Below are positions 26,181 through 37,369 of a stretch of DNA of 64,000 nt, piece by piece (position 1 is the first letter of the stretch; every line of letters starts with the position of its first letter). The notes below the pieces were generated by a model. That model worked only from the letters and a program-made list of their open reading frames with translations, was not told where the DNA came from and did not search any database. The stretch comes from Eledone cirrhosa (Eukaryota): the NCBI GenBank assembly GCA_964016885.1, contig OZ024743.1:85560001-85624000 (forward strand), given 5' to 3'. The position numbers were made by a program, and so were the translations under genes.

Positions 26181-27574
26181 ATATATATATATCATCATGG
26201 TCATCATCATATATAAATGATTGCTGTGACCCTGCCATTCCTCAATTCCATCAGTACAGTACACCAGTATGGCCAGACCAAGACCTATATCCCCTAGACA
26301 CTGACAACACTCCAACATAGGATACATCACCACAGTTGACTGGGGAACTGTGATTGCTCCTATACATCTTTCATGGTGACAGAATTACGGATGTGGCAGT
26401 ATTTCATTGGCACAAACTTTCTTGACACTAGAATAGTTGCAGCAATAGGCCCAATGTCTATATAGTGCCAAGAATTCAGAGTCCTAGCTTGCCTTGGTTG
26501 GAAAGATAGAATGACAGACGAGAAGATTGCAAAAGAGATATATGTACATCATGGATTACTGTGACAAACGAATGCCACTCTCTAAATCTCAGTGATTATT
26601 ATCTGATGACAGGCCTAAGCAGGATGACCAGTAATCACATGAACTGCAGGTTTCACTTCAGTAGAAGAATGCCATCAGTTGTGAGTTCTTTACTTCCAGT
26701 GAACTTACTACATGCTCTGACACCTGAAACTGAGGTACATGAGAATTTATGGATTCCCATGCACCCCAATTTAGAAGTGACAGTGACTCTTCTTTTAGAC
26801 TGCCACTCTAGGCAGACAAGTTCTGTCTAACTGGAGCAACTGGTTTTAAGATGCCAGTAACTTGCTTTTGCTCCTTCTCCTTGTCAGTCAGTTCCAAACA
26901 TCTCTGCCTCGGGAAGGCCAGGAGCTGGGCTTCAGTTGTCACAGGCTATATGAGTCAGAAGCTATTTGGGGCGTCTTAGTTGAGAGTAGATTCTCAGGCT
27001 TACTCTCACCCTGGCAATGACAACCTTAGGGTACATATATATATAAAGTTTGAAGTTTGAAAGCCACAACAATGTAAAATGGACGAATAAATAAAGAGTA
27101 AAATGAGGTGTGTGTTTTACCTTAATTTATATGTCCTAATATATCGAGATTAAAATCTCTTCTCATTTCATCTTGTCGTGGCTTTCATACACTATATACT
27201 TTATATACCATACACTATATACTTTATATACCAAACTTTATATACCATACACTATATACTTTATATACCATACACAATGCTTCAAGTAAACTACAAATTC
27301 CTCCAATATATATATTATTGAGTACAATAATTTCATTATTATTATTATCATTATTAAAATGACAGGAGGTTGGACTGGTGAAATTCCTTAAAGGTTTATT
27401 ATAAACATTATGAACATTTCAATGACCGGCCTCTGCAAGAACCCGGTGTCATCATCAGGTGTTACAAAATGTATCTAATAAAGGAATATAATAATGGTAG
27501 ACACAATGCAAGGGGCTGAAAAGTAGAGAAAAATGTTTAAGACCTGAAGGCGGCCAGAGACAACAGTTGTCAGC

Positions 27575-27621
<47 letters not shown>

Positions 27622-28089
27622 CGTGTGTAAATATACATATATATATATACACACACACACACATAGTGAGAGAGTCTGTGGTGTTGAGACTGAGGAGACC
27701 ACTAAACATGGGAGTACTCGATGCATTGGGAGATGTAGAGATATGTAAAATCCAGACCGCTTGGCACCGCGGTCAGAATTTGACATCTCTCTCTCTCTTT
27801 CTCTTCCTCCATCTAGATAGACCAGCTGGCATAGAAACATCAACACATTCTGCCATCTCCTGTATCACGAAATGAAAAAAATTTTTGAGGCCATTTTTTT
27901 CATTTTCTTGATGTTTTTTCAATATTTTAAAGTTTCTTAAAGGTTTTAATACCATCTGATGGGCTCAGGCTATTGTAATTGGTAGGATGAACACTATCTA
28001 GCTGTAGTCCTCGGCAAAATATGTATCGCAGAGATATAAATAAACCTAATCAACTGCACATGCCGCGCCCATTATCGTTTTAATACTAT

Positions 28090-28352
28090 ATATGGCTTAG
28101 TGGTTAAGACACTTTATTTCATATTGCTCCAGTTTACTCAGCTGTAGAAATGAGTTACAATGTCACTGGTGTCAAGCTGTATCGCATTTGCCTTTCCCTT
28201 GGACAACATCAATGGCATGGAGATTGGAGACTGGAATGCATGGGTTACCGCTGGTCTTCCACAAACAGCCTTGCTCGGACTTGTGCCTCGGAGTGGAAAT
28301 TTGCAGGTGCAGATCTTGTGGTCATCCGTGACTGAAGGGGGTCTTTACCCAT
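28090..28352 (+). mobile_element. Internally deleted tRNA SINE with an alternative 3' tail
   Basis: A box tggcttagtgg joined directly to aagacactttatttc; tail ...gggggtctttaccc shared with about 14950-15105. Confidence 0.65.
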
Positions 28353-29249
28353 TATACATATATATATGATGGCTGCCCCCTCGTTATCGAGTATGGCCAT
28401 TGCACGATATACCATTATTAATAATCATTAATTAATTCTATCGGTAGAGGGTCGGATGCCATGCTTTGACGCAAAGAGTTACAGCCCTTTCCATTCTGAG
28501 TTCAAATCCCGCTGAGGTTAACTTTGCCTTTCATCCTTACAGGGTCGATAAAATAACCAGTAATACACTGGGTAATTGCTGGCCTTGTGCCAAAAGTAGA
28601 AGCAATTAATTAATTCTATCATGCAATGTCCATCTGAAAGTATGTAAATATGTATATACACATGTACCGCGTGGTTAAACCACTGGGAGTGAAGGACCCC
28701 TAGCCTTTGTCGGCATTCTTCTAGGAGAAGGCAACTCAAGAAACTGGGATAACTCCGATATACACACATACCTAAGATCAGACCAAGGGAACTTGTTTTA
28801 ATTGGTCTTTCCATTGCTGATACTATCTGCTGGGTCACACATTTACAACTACATTAAAGGCAACACCACTATATAAGTACACTACTGTACTATTAGATTT
28901 AGGCACCACTACACATGTAAGTTATGTGGTCGTTCAATATGCTAGAAATAGCAGCCAAATCGCCCCTGTCTGTCTTGAATAAATGAAAAATGTTACATTA
29001 GATAACATAGTCCTCTATACTGCTAAAACGACTGGATGATCATAGTTAGAATGACTTTAATTATAGGTCGGTTCAAGCATGGCTGACCTGGGGCTAAACA
29101 CCTACAACCACTATACCACCACTATCACCAACAGTATTGAGAAGTATAAGATATTTGACATTCCAGTTTAATGCTGTTCCATCTAGTAGGCTTCCTCCCT
29201 CCATTAGGTCATCTGTCTGTGTGTCCTACTACCTCAGTTATTTTTATCC

Positions 29250-30070
29250 TCTTCCTCCATCTTTATGTCTACTCTCACTGCCCTTTGTTTCTCTCTCCTT
29301 TCTTTATTTCTCACTTACCCTCTTCTTTCTCTCTCTCTTCCCCCTCATCTCCCTCTATCCTCTCTCTTCCCACTCATCTCCCTCTATCCTCTCTTTCCCT
29401 CCTCCCCTCTTCTCTCTTTCCCTCCTCCCCTCTTCTCTCTTTCCCCCTCCTCTCTCTCTTTCCACATTCCCTCTTTTCTCTCTTCCCCCTCTTTTTTCTC
29501 TCTCTCTTCTCTCGCTCTCTCTCTTTCCCTCTCTCTTCTCTCGCTCTCTCTCTTTCCCTCTCTTCTCTCGCTCTCTCTCTCTTTCCCCTCTTTTTCTCTC
29601 TTTCTCTCCTCTCTTTCCCTCCTCTCTTTCCCCCTCCCCTTTCTCTTTCCCCCTCCCATTTCTCTTCCTCCTCCCCTTTCCCTTTCCCCCCATATCTCTA
29701 TTTCCTCCTCTCTCTCACTTCCTCTATCCTCTCTTTTCCATCCTCTCTTTCTCTCCCATCCCCTCTCTCTTTCACCCCCATCCCCTCTCTCTTTCACCCC
29801 ATTTTCCCTCCTCATCTCACTCTCTTTTCCACCACCCCTCTCTCTCCTCTCTTTCCTACCACCCCTCTCTCTCCTCTCTTTCCTCTATCCTCTCTCTTTC
29901 CTCTATCCTCTCTCCTCTCTTTCCCCTATCCTCTCTCCTCTCTTTCCCCTATCCTCTCTCCTCCTCTCTTTCCCCTTTCCTCTCTCCCTGTTTACACCTC
30001 CTCTCCCCCCTCTCCACTCTTATTTTCCCTCTCTTCCTTTTAACCATGCCATTTCTCTGTCTCTCTGCTG
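29250..30070. repeat. About 800-bp (CT)-rich polypyrimidine tract
   Basis: Seen directly; produces spurious S/L/P/F ORFs. Confidence 0.95.
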
Positions 30071-31523
30071 TCTATCACTGTTGTTAGGGCACTAGTGTGA
30101 AGGTGGTGGTATTGGCTGTCAATAGTATAGTAGTTATATAAGGCCCACAGTGGTAGTAATATAGTGGTGTAATGACTTACAGTTATGTAGGCCCCACGGT
30201 GGTGGCAGCGGTTGTGGTTTGGGATGTGGTGGTAATGGTTAGGTGTAGTATCTATGTAGGCCCTTCACTAGTGGTGGTTAGGGATATAGTAGCTATTTAG
30301 GTCCCTTAGTAGTAGTAGTTTATATGTGGTGGTATAGTATAAAAGTTTAGTTATTTAGTCCCTATGGTGGTAGTAGTAGATATGTGGGGTCTAAAGGCTT
30401 ACAACTATTTAGGCCCCCATGGTGGTAGTGATGTGTAGGTGGATGTAGTAGTATAATTATATAGTCTACTCTAGTGGTATGGTATTGTGTGCAGTGGTGT
30501 GGTGTTGTGTAGTAATGTAGTTGACAATTAGTGTGGTGGTAGTGGTTGAAGGGGTACAGTAGTTATATAAGCCCTAAAATGGGTGTGGTATATAAGCAGG
30601 GTGGGGGGGGGGGTATATTAATTTTCAGCTACTCTCAGGTTCCAAATAATAAGGGTAGTGTTGGAATAAGTGGGGAGGGGGGGGGCATAGAAAATGGCTA
30701 GTTTTTCTAGGTTGTCTACGTTGACTTTTTTAAAAACCAAAATTTCACTGGAGATAGATTAGCAAAATTTAATAAGTGTGTGTGTGGGGGGGGGGGGGGG
30801 GGGAGGGGGGATTATTCGAAACCGAGAATAATTAGGGTCCGGGTGTAGGGGATGTAGAGGTTTACACACTATTTAGTTCCATAGTGGTAGTGGTATATAG
30901 GTAACAATATAGAGCAGACACCATCTTTAACCTTAATCGAAGCTCACACACTTTTTTGAGATTTTAAGATCATTCTCATTTTGGCTTCTCTTCATGTGAA
31001 GGCTAATAAAATCAAAAATAAAATGTCAAGGCAATATTTGGAATATTAACCCTTTTATTACCACATTTCTAATGAAACACAGCCAATGTATTTCAAATAA
31101 TTTTGAAAAGTAATCTAACATTTTGAGAAATTTCGTAAAATAAATGTTTCCACGTACCCAATTTTACTCAAGTTATCGGTCAGCCTAAGGCCTTGGAAGA
31201 TGACACTTGCTCAAAATGCCTCACAGTAGGACCTAATGATAGCAAAGCCAACTTCTTAACTATACAGCTATGCTGTCTGTGTCCAGTTGTCCTCTAGTAA
31301 ACATACTATAAACATTTAAATAAAAAAAATGGCGTCAGGAAGGGCATCCAGCTGTGAAATCCAAGCCAGAAACACATGAGCAACACATGGTCACCTGACC
31401 CGACTTGCCTCAAATAGAACAACCCATTTAACTCATGCTAGTGTGAAAAATGGACATTAAATGATGATGATGAAATCCATTTTTTTTTATATCTTTTGCT
31501 AAATTCTTAGAGGATATTAAGAT

Positions 31524-31749
31524 TGAACACTTTAGCGTTTACATTACTCTATATTTACTATTGTATTTTCATGGTAAACACTTTACCTCACATAATTATC
31601 TCACATAACATCGAATCTATGAGATTTTGATATTTATTTTGAGAACAATAACTTAACATAAGTATGAGCAACTGGTTATGGCCAGTTTGAACAGAAAGAG
31701 GTGAGAAAATTCTAGCGGATACAGCCAGTTTTTAATGCTAAAGGGTTAA
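31524..31749. mobile_element. piggyBac-like MITE (left end degenerate)
   Basis: Same family; intact right end ctaaagggttaa. Confidence 0.7.
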
Positions 31750-32034
31750 AATCCATTCCTGATGTCTGATTGCTTTGAATGTCAGTGATTTCTTGTTTCA
31801 AAAGTTCTTTGTCTGCCATGTCATTAATCTTGAAGTGGATTCCTTCTTCAATGATCTCTGTTGTTTAAAATCTCTTGCAGAAAATTAACCCTCTGAAACA
31901 TTTGAGATTTTATAATCAAAGATTCATCGTTGTCATCACTGTTTAACATCTAACTACACTGGAAAACCATGCTTGTGTAGGTTAGACAGGTTGTCACATA
32001 CTGAGGCTAGACTGCTCAGATGACCATCTTTTGC

Positions 32035-32485
32035 TTGTATACTTTGTTTTGGGTCTGGTTTCTACAACTGGATGCCCTTCCTAATGCCAACTGCATTATA
32101 GCATGTACTGTGAACATTTTATTGTGAATCCAGCACTACAACCTTACAAGGTGGACTGGGGGCTTTTTGTCATGGCACCAACACCTCCATCTTACAAAAT
32201 AGACTGGGTGTTTTTGTCATATCACTAGCACTACTAGATTATAAGGTGGACAGTGCTTTTTGCCACAGCACCAGCATTACCACCTTGCTGTACAGATGGG
32301 GCTACCTTTTTTGTAGCACCAGCACTACCACATTACAGGGTAAACTGGGTTCTTATTGTTACAGTACTGGCATCATCACCTAATAGGGTGCAGTGGATGC
32401 TTTTATCGTGACACCAACATTACCACTTTACAGAGGGAACTGGGTGCTTATTGTTGTAGCACCAGCACTACCACTTTACAAAGTC
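32035..32485 (-). mobile_element. RTE-tail repeat with internal about 45-50-bp tandem expansion
   Basis: ctggatgcccttcctaatgccaac followed by about 8 units of accagcactaccacc...gggtg..ttttt. Confidence 0.6.
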
Positions 32486-32949
32486 GATAATTTAATGACA
32501 GAAACCAACACAAATTTCCTTTCTCAATATTTTTTGGTTTACAATTGAATTTTCTCTTTGAAAGAAGTCAGCTTCTCTCATATGTGTTTTAGGGGCCATT
32601 TTCCCTGTTGAAGCAGGGATTAACTTGGTGAGGATCCAGGCTTCATACTTATCATGGGGTTCTTTTTTAAAGCAGTGTATTAAGGCTAACCCTTTTAGTT
32701 GTTTCTTACGACACAGGAATACAATGTGCCTATTCTAAACTAGATACATATACTACATTTGTATTAATCATTCAATCAAAACATTCTTTGATCATTCAAG
32801 TGTATATTTCTTAAACTATGCCAACATTTGTGCAAACTCTGGAGAATTGAATGAGGAAATAGATTAAATCTTTGTTCTTCTAAATCAGGGTTCAGCAATT
32901 TCTTTTGTAAGGACCCTCTTTTGATTTTGAATTTTTTTTATGGTTTTAC

Positions 32950-34230
32950 CCATGACCCACATATATATTATATCATATCTTAAATATAAACATTTGAAAA
33001 GGTTGGAGGCCCACAGAGAACACCTCAGTATATCATATCTTATATATAATAATTTGGAAAGGTCTGAGGCCCTCAGAAAAAACCTCAATGACTCACATGT
33101 ATATTATATCATATCTTGCATATAATAATTTGGAAAGGCTGGAGGCCCACAGAGAACACCTCAATGGCCCACATGTATATTATATCATATCTTACATATA
33201 ATAATTTGGAAAGGTCTGAGGCCCTCAGAAAAAACCTCAATGGCCCACATGTATCATCATTGTTTTACATTGGTTTTTCCTTTCTTGCATGGGTTGGGTA
33301 AGTCTTTTCCAGCATAACATTCCTCTACTCATCACTATCCTTTGTTGTCATCTCTGTGGGCTTCAAGGAACACAACAATGGCCCACATAGCTACTCCCAC
33401 TGTTGACCACAAAAGGACGACTGTATGACGTCTGTGTGCAAAGTGTGATGCTGCATGGTAATGAAACATGGGCTGTGACTGCAAAGAACATGTGTAGACT
33501 GGAGAGAAACAAAGCAACCATGCTTCATTGGATGTGCAATGTAAGTGTGAGAGAAAGGCAGAGCTTGGATGAGTTGAGAGAGAACCTGGGTTTAAGAGGA
33601 ATCTGAGGTGGTGTGCTGGAAAGAAGACTATTTATATGGACAATAACTGATGGGTGAAGAAGTGCAGGAAATACCAGTGGAAGCCGCGGTAGAGGTAGAC
33701 CAAGAAAGACCTGGAAAGAGGTGGTGAGAGCTGACCTCAAATCACTGAGACTCGCAGAGTAGATGACAAAGGATCACAACATGTGGAGATATGCTGTGCT
33801 GAGAAGGACCTGTCAAACCCATGCAAGTGTGGAAAAGCAGATGTACGAATGATGATGTTGATCTTACATATACACATTTGAAATGGTCTGAAGCCCACAG
33901 AGAACATCTTAATGACTTACATGTATATCATATCTCACATATAAAAATTTGAACAGGTTCAAGTCCTACAGAGAACCTCAATGGCCTATTGTTTTATCTT
34001 GGCTTTTCCATTCTTGCACGGGTTGGATGAGTCTTTTCCAACACAACATTCCTCTACTCATTGTGATCCTTTGTTGTCATTTCTGTGAGCTTGAGGGATT
34101 TGGGCCAAGCTGTCACAACTTCTTCCTTGGTCTCCCACTGCGGAGAACATCACAATGGCCGACTTGTATATTATATCATATCTTACATATAAAAAGGAGG
34201 CCCACAAAGGACACCTCAGTGGCTCACTTG
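32950..34230. repeat. Minisatellite (cccacatgtatattatatcatatctta...gaggccc) interrupted by an RTE fragment
   Basis: Units at 32955-33255 and 33860-34225. Confidence 0.75.
33390..33862 (+). mobile_element. RTE 3' fragment
   Basis: LPLLTTKGRLYDVCVQSVMLHGNETWA...GRPRKTW; short tail. Confidence 0.8.
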
Positions 34231-34727
34231 TGGATCACATTCCACTTGTTGCTGACTACTGTTCTAAAAAGATCATGATCTTTTTATGAAACTAAAATGT
34301 CACCTAAAACATGTACAGAGGATAATTATAGCATTTTTGTATGGTAAAAGCAAACTTTGTTCTCACAGCCCATGTCTTCACAAAATGTTTGAAATTGTTA
34401 GTGGTTCAGAAAGAATTTTTAAATTGAAATTTAATCTGGTTTTATTCAAATGTTTTTTTATATTTCCTTTAAGTTTGAAATATAATAATGTTCCTAAGAC
34501 CATTAATATTTCAAGGTCTTTTCAATCTCAGCTTCTGAATAAAATGCCAATAGATGTAGATATCAGCAACCTAAGCCATTACTGATTCTTTTCATAATCT
34601 TTTACACAAGTGGTCAGAACTTCTGGACTATTCTGAGGTCAAGTTTTCACAGCTGAAAATATATGTAATATAGGTCTGGAATTGTCCAAGCTGTAATTAC
34701 ATTAATTACAAGCACCAATGTAAATAG

Positions 34728-35625
34728 AACAGGCTGTTGTGCTGGTATCGACATGTTATAACATTAAATACATCGCCCGATTTATATAGGACAGGTTGTT
34801 GTGCTGGTATCAACATATCATAACATTAAATACAGCACCCAATATATATAGGACAGGCTGTTGTGCTGGTATCGACATATCATAACATTAAATACAGCGC
34901 CCAATATATATAGGACAGGCTGTTGTGCTGGTATCGACATATAACATTAAATACATCGCCCAATATATATAGGACAGGCTGTTATGCTGGTATCGACATA
35001 TCATAACATTAAATACATCGCCCAATTTATAGAGGACAGGCTGTTATGCTGGTATCGACATATCAAAACATTAAATACATCGCCCAATTTATATAGGACA
35101 GGCTGTTATGCTGGTATCGACATATCAAAACATTAAATACATCGCCCAATTTATATAGGACAGGCTGTTATGCTGGTATAGACATATCAAAACATTAAAT
35201 ACATCGCCCAATTTATAGAGGACAGGCTGTTATGCTGGTATCGACATATCAAAACATTAAATACATCGCCCAATTTATATAGGACAGGCTGTTATGCTGG
35301 TATCGACATATCATAACATTAAATACATCGCCCAATTTATATAGGACAGGCTGTTATGCTGGTATCGACATATCATAACATTAAATACATCGCCCAATTT
35401 ATATAGGACAGGCTGTTATGCTGGTATCGACATATCAAAACATTAAATACATCGCCCAATTTATATAGGACAGGCTGTTATGCTGGTATCGACATATCAT
35501 AACATTAAATACATCGCCCAATTTATATAGGACAGGCTGTTATGCTGGTATCGACATATCATAACATTAAATACATCGCCCAATTTATATAGGACAGCTT
35601 GTGTTGGTAAAGGCAACATTAAATA
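34728..35625. repeat. 62-bp minisatellite, about 14 copies
   Basis: Unit aggacaggctgttatgctggtatcgacatatcataacattaaatacatcgcccaatttatat, starting at 35281, 35343, 35405 and so on. Confidence 0.95.
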
Positions 35626-36102
35626 TAAATGTAGGGCCAGGTTAAGTTATTTTGAGACCCGAAGCACTTAAAAGATTATGGTGACCCTATATATAAAGTC
35701 TGCCAAAAAAATAGGAATGGGGTTTGACAAATAATATTTGATTTGAAAAAAATTGTTCTTTTTTCCTTGGTGCCCTAAGTATGTCTTATTTTGCTGAATA
35801 GTTAATCCAGTGGTATGAGTATGGGTGGTATGTGTTAGGTAGTAATGTATTCTCTGAGTGTTCGTTTGTGTGATGGTTATGTGCTGTGTGTGTTTAGTAG
35901 TAGTGTGTGCTGATAGAATATACTCCCATACATATTTTCTATCTCCTTAATATCTCTTTCCCTCCCTCTTTTCCCCTCTCTTTCTTTTCCCCATCTCTCG
36001 TTCCCTTCTCTTCACCCCCCCCCCCTTTCTCTTCTTTCTCTCAATCCTTTCTTCAGCTCCTTCCTATTCTTGCCATTTCTTTCACATCTCTATTCATTGC
36101 AG

Positions 36103-36511
36103 TGAGGAGTCATCCATCCCGCCTGTCATTCACTTCCTCTACAGTCAACTACCTTTTGATGTCCTCATCCTTCCTCATACTTACACTTGCCACCCTAAAC
36201 ATCAAGTTGTCCACTTCCTACACACCCTTTATGACCAACTCGAAGACATCAGTGAACTCCTCACCAAATTCGACCAGGATGGCAGTGATGACCTCATCCA
36301 CGTGTCTTCTTTGAGTTGTTGCACCAATGAGTCGCAACTGATGACGCAGCAAGCACTGAAGAGGATGAGAAGTGAGCAGACAGTGAAGAGGAAGAAGCTG
36401 CATAGTAGATTGACCCTCAGTGATGACCAACTGAAGGGTTTCGTGACAGCATGGCAGACCTTTCAAAAGAGTTGTACAATTACATCAGATGTATTTTCAA
36501 ATGTAATGTGA
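36103..36511 (+). CDS. FANCB: FANCB-like terminal coding exon (EESSIPPVIHFLYSQLP...KRMRSEQTVKRKKLH...SDVFSNVM*)
   Basis: Long polypyrimidine tract then cattgcag|T. Phase 2 completes CA|T = His with exon F, and the frame is open to TGA at 36509-36511. IHFLYSQLP resembles FANCB LHNLIRILP (recalled), and the C-terminal helix fits. Confidence 0.82.
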
Positions 36512-36599
36512 CTGTTTTTTTTTTGTTGTTGTTGTAGGGCCAGGGCTTTAAATCCTATCTCCTATTTGGAGAGCAAAGTCAGGTTCTTCCCCTTAGTAC

Positions 36600-37185
36600 T
36601 TGTAATATACACATGGGGATGTAGGTAACCATGCCAAGCTCTGCCCCCTGGTTATAAACACAGTGGCATGGACAACCACGTCAGGCTCCACTGCCTGGTA
36701 ATATACACAAGAGCATGGATAGCCATGGTAGGCTCCACCCCCTTGTAGTATACACAAGGGCATAGGTCGCCATAGTAGACTCCACCTCCTGGTAATATAC
36801 ACAAGGGCATGGATAACCATGGTAGGCTCCACCCCCTTGTAGTATATACAAGAGCATAGGTCGCCATGGTAGACTCCACCTCCTGGTAATATACACAAGG
36901 GCATGGATAGCCATGGTAGGCTCCACCTCCTGGTCGTATACACAAGAGCATAGGTCGCCATGGTAGGCTCCACCCCCTGGTAGTATACACAAGGGCATGG
37001 ATAGCCATGGTAGGCTCCACCCCCTGGTAGTGTAACCAAGGGCATGGATAGCCATGGTAGGCTCCTGCTGCTGATAACATTCACAAAGATGTAGATAATG
37101 AAGTTAGACCCCACCCCTAGTGATATACACGGGGCACTTGGATAGTCACATCCATCCCAGCATTGGTAATATACAGAGGCATGGC
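36600..37185. repeat. 47-bp minisatellite with alternating A/B units just after the FANCB stop codon
   Basis: Units start at 36724, 36771, 36818...; catggtaggctccaccccct alternates with cat(a/g)gtagactccacctcct. Confidence 0.92.
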
Positions 37186-37369
37186 TAGCCAAATGAGTCC
37201 CCTCGCATACACATACACACTTAGTAATATTTGTAAAAATATTACAGAATCAATTCAAAACATAACAAAAAAATTAGCAAATCAAAATTGCAGTGGAACT
37301 ATGTCAGGTTGCAGACAGTGCATTAAAAATTTCAACACCAAAAGATAAATATCTCTATCTATCTATCTC

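Noticed and set aside
27405-27465. Hammerhead-like CTGATGA...GAAA on the minus strand
   Set aside because: A stem II hairpin is present but out of register with the core, and no stem I partner follows the cleavage position; at best a decayed Penelope pseudo-LTR.
29137-30095. 300-aa S/L/P/F-rich ORFs
   Set aside because: Artefacts of the CT-rich tract.
31750-34720. Minus-strand coding-looking patches (about 31750-31900, 32500-32950, 34260-34700)
   Set aside because: Frames are interrupted by stops and no motif could be assigned; possibly a very old LINE.
34728-35625. CRISPR-like regular array
   Set aside because: Units are contiguous near-identical 62-mers with no unique spacers, there are no cas genes, and the context is eukaryotic.
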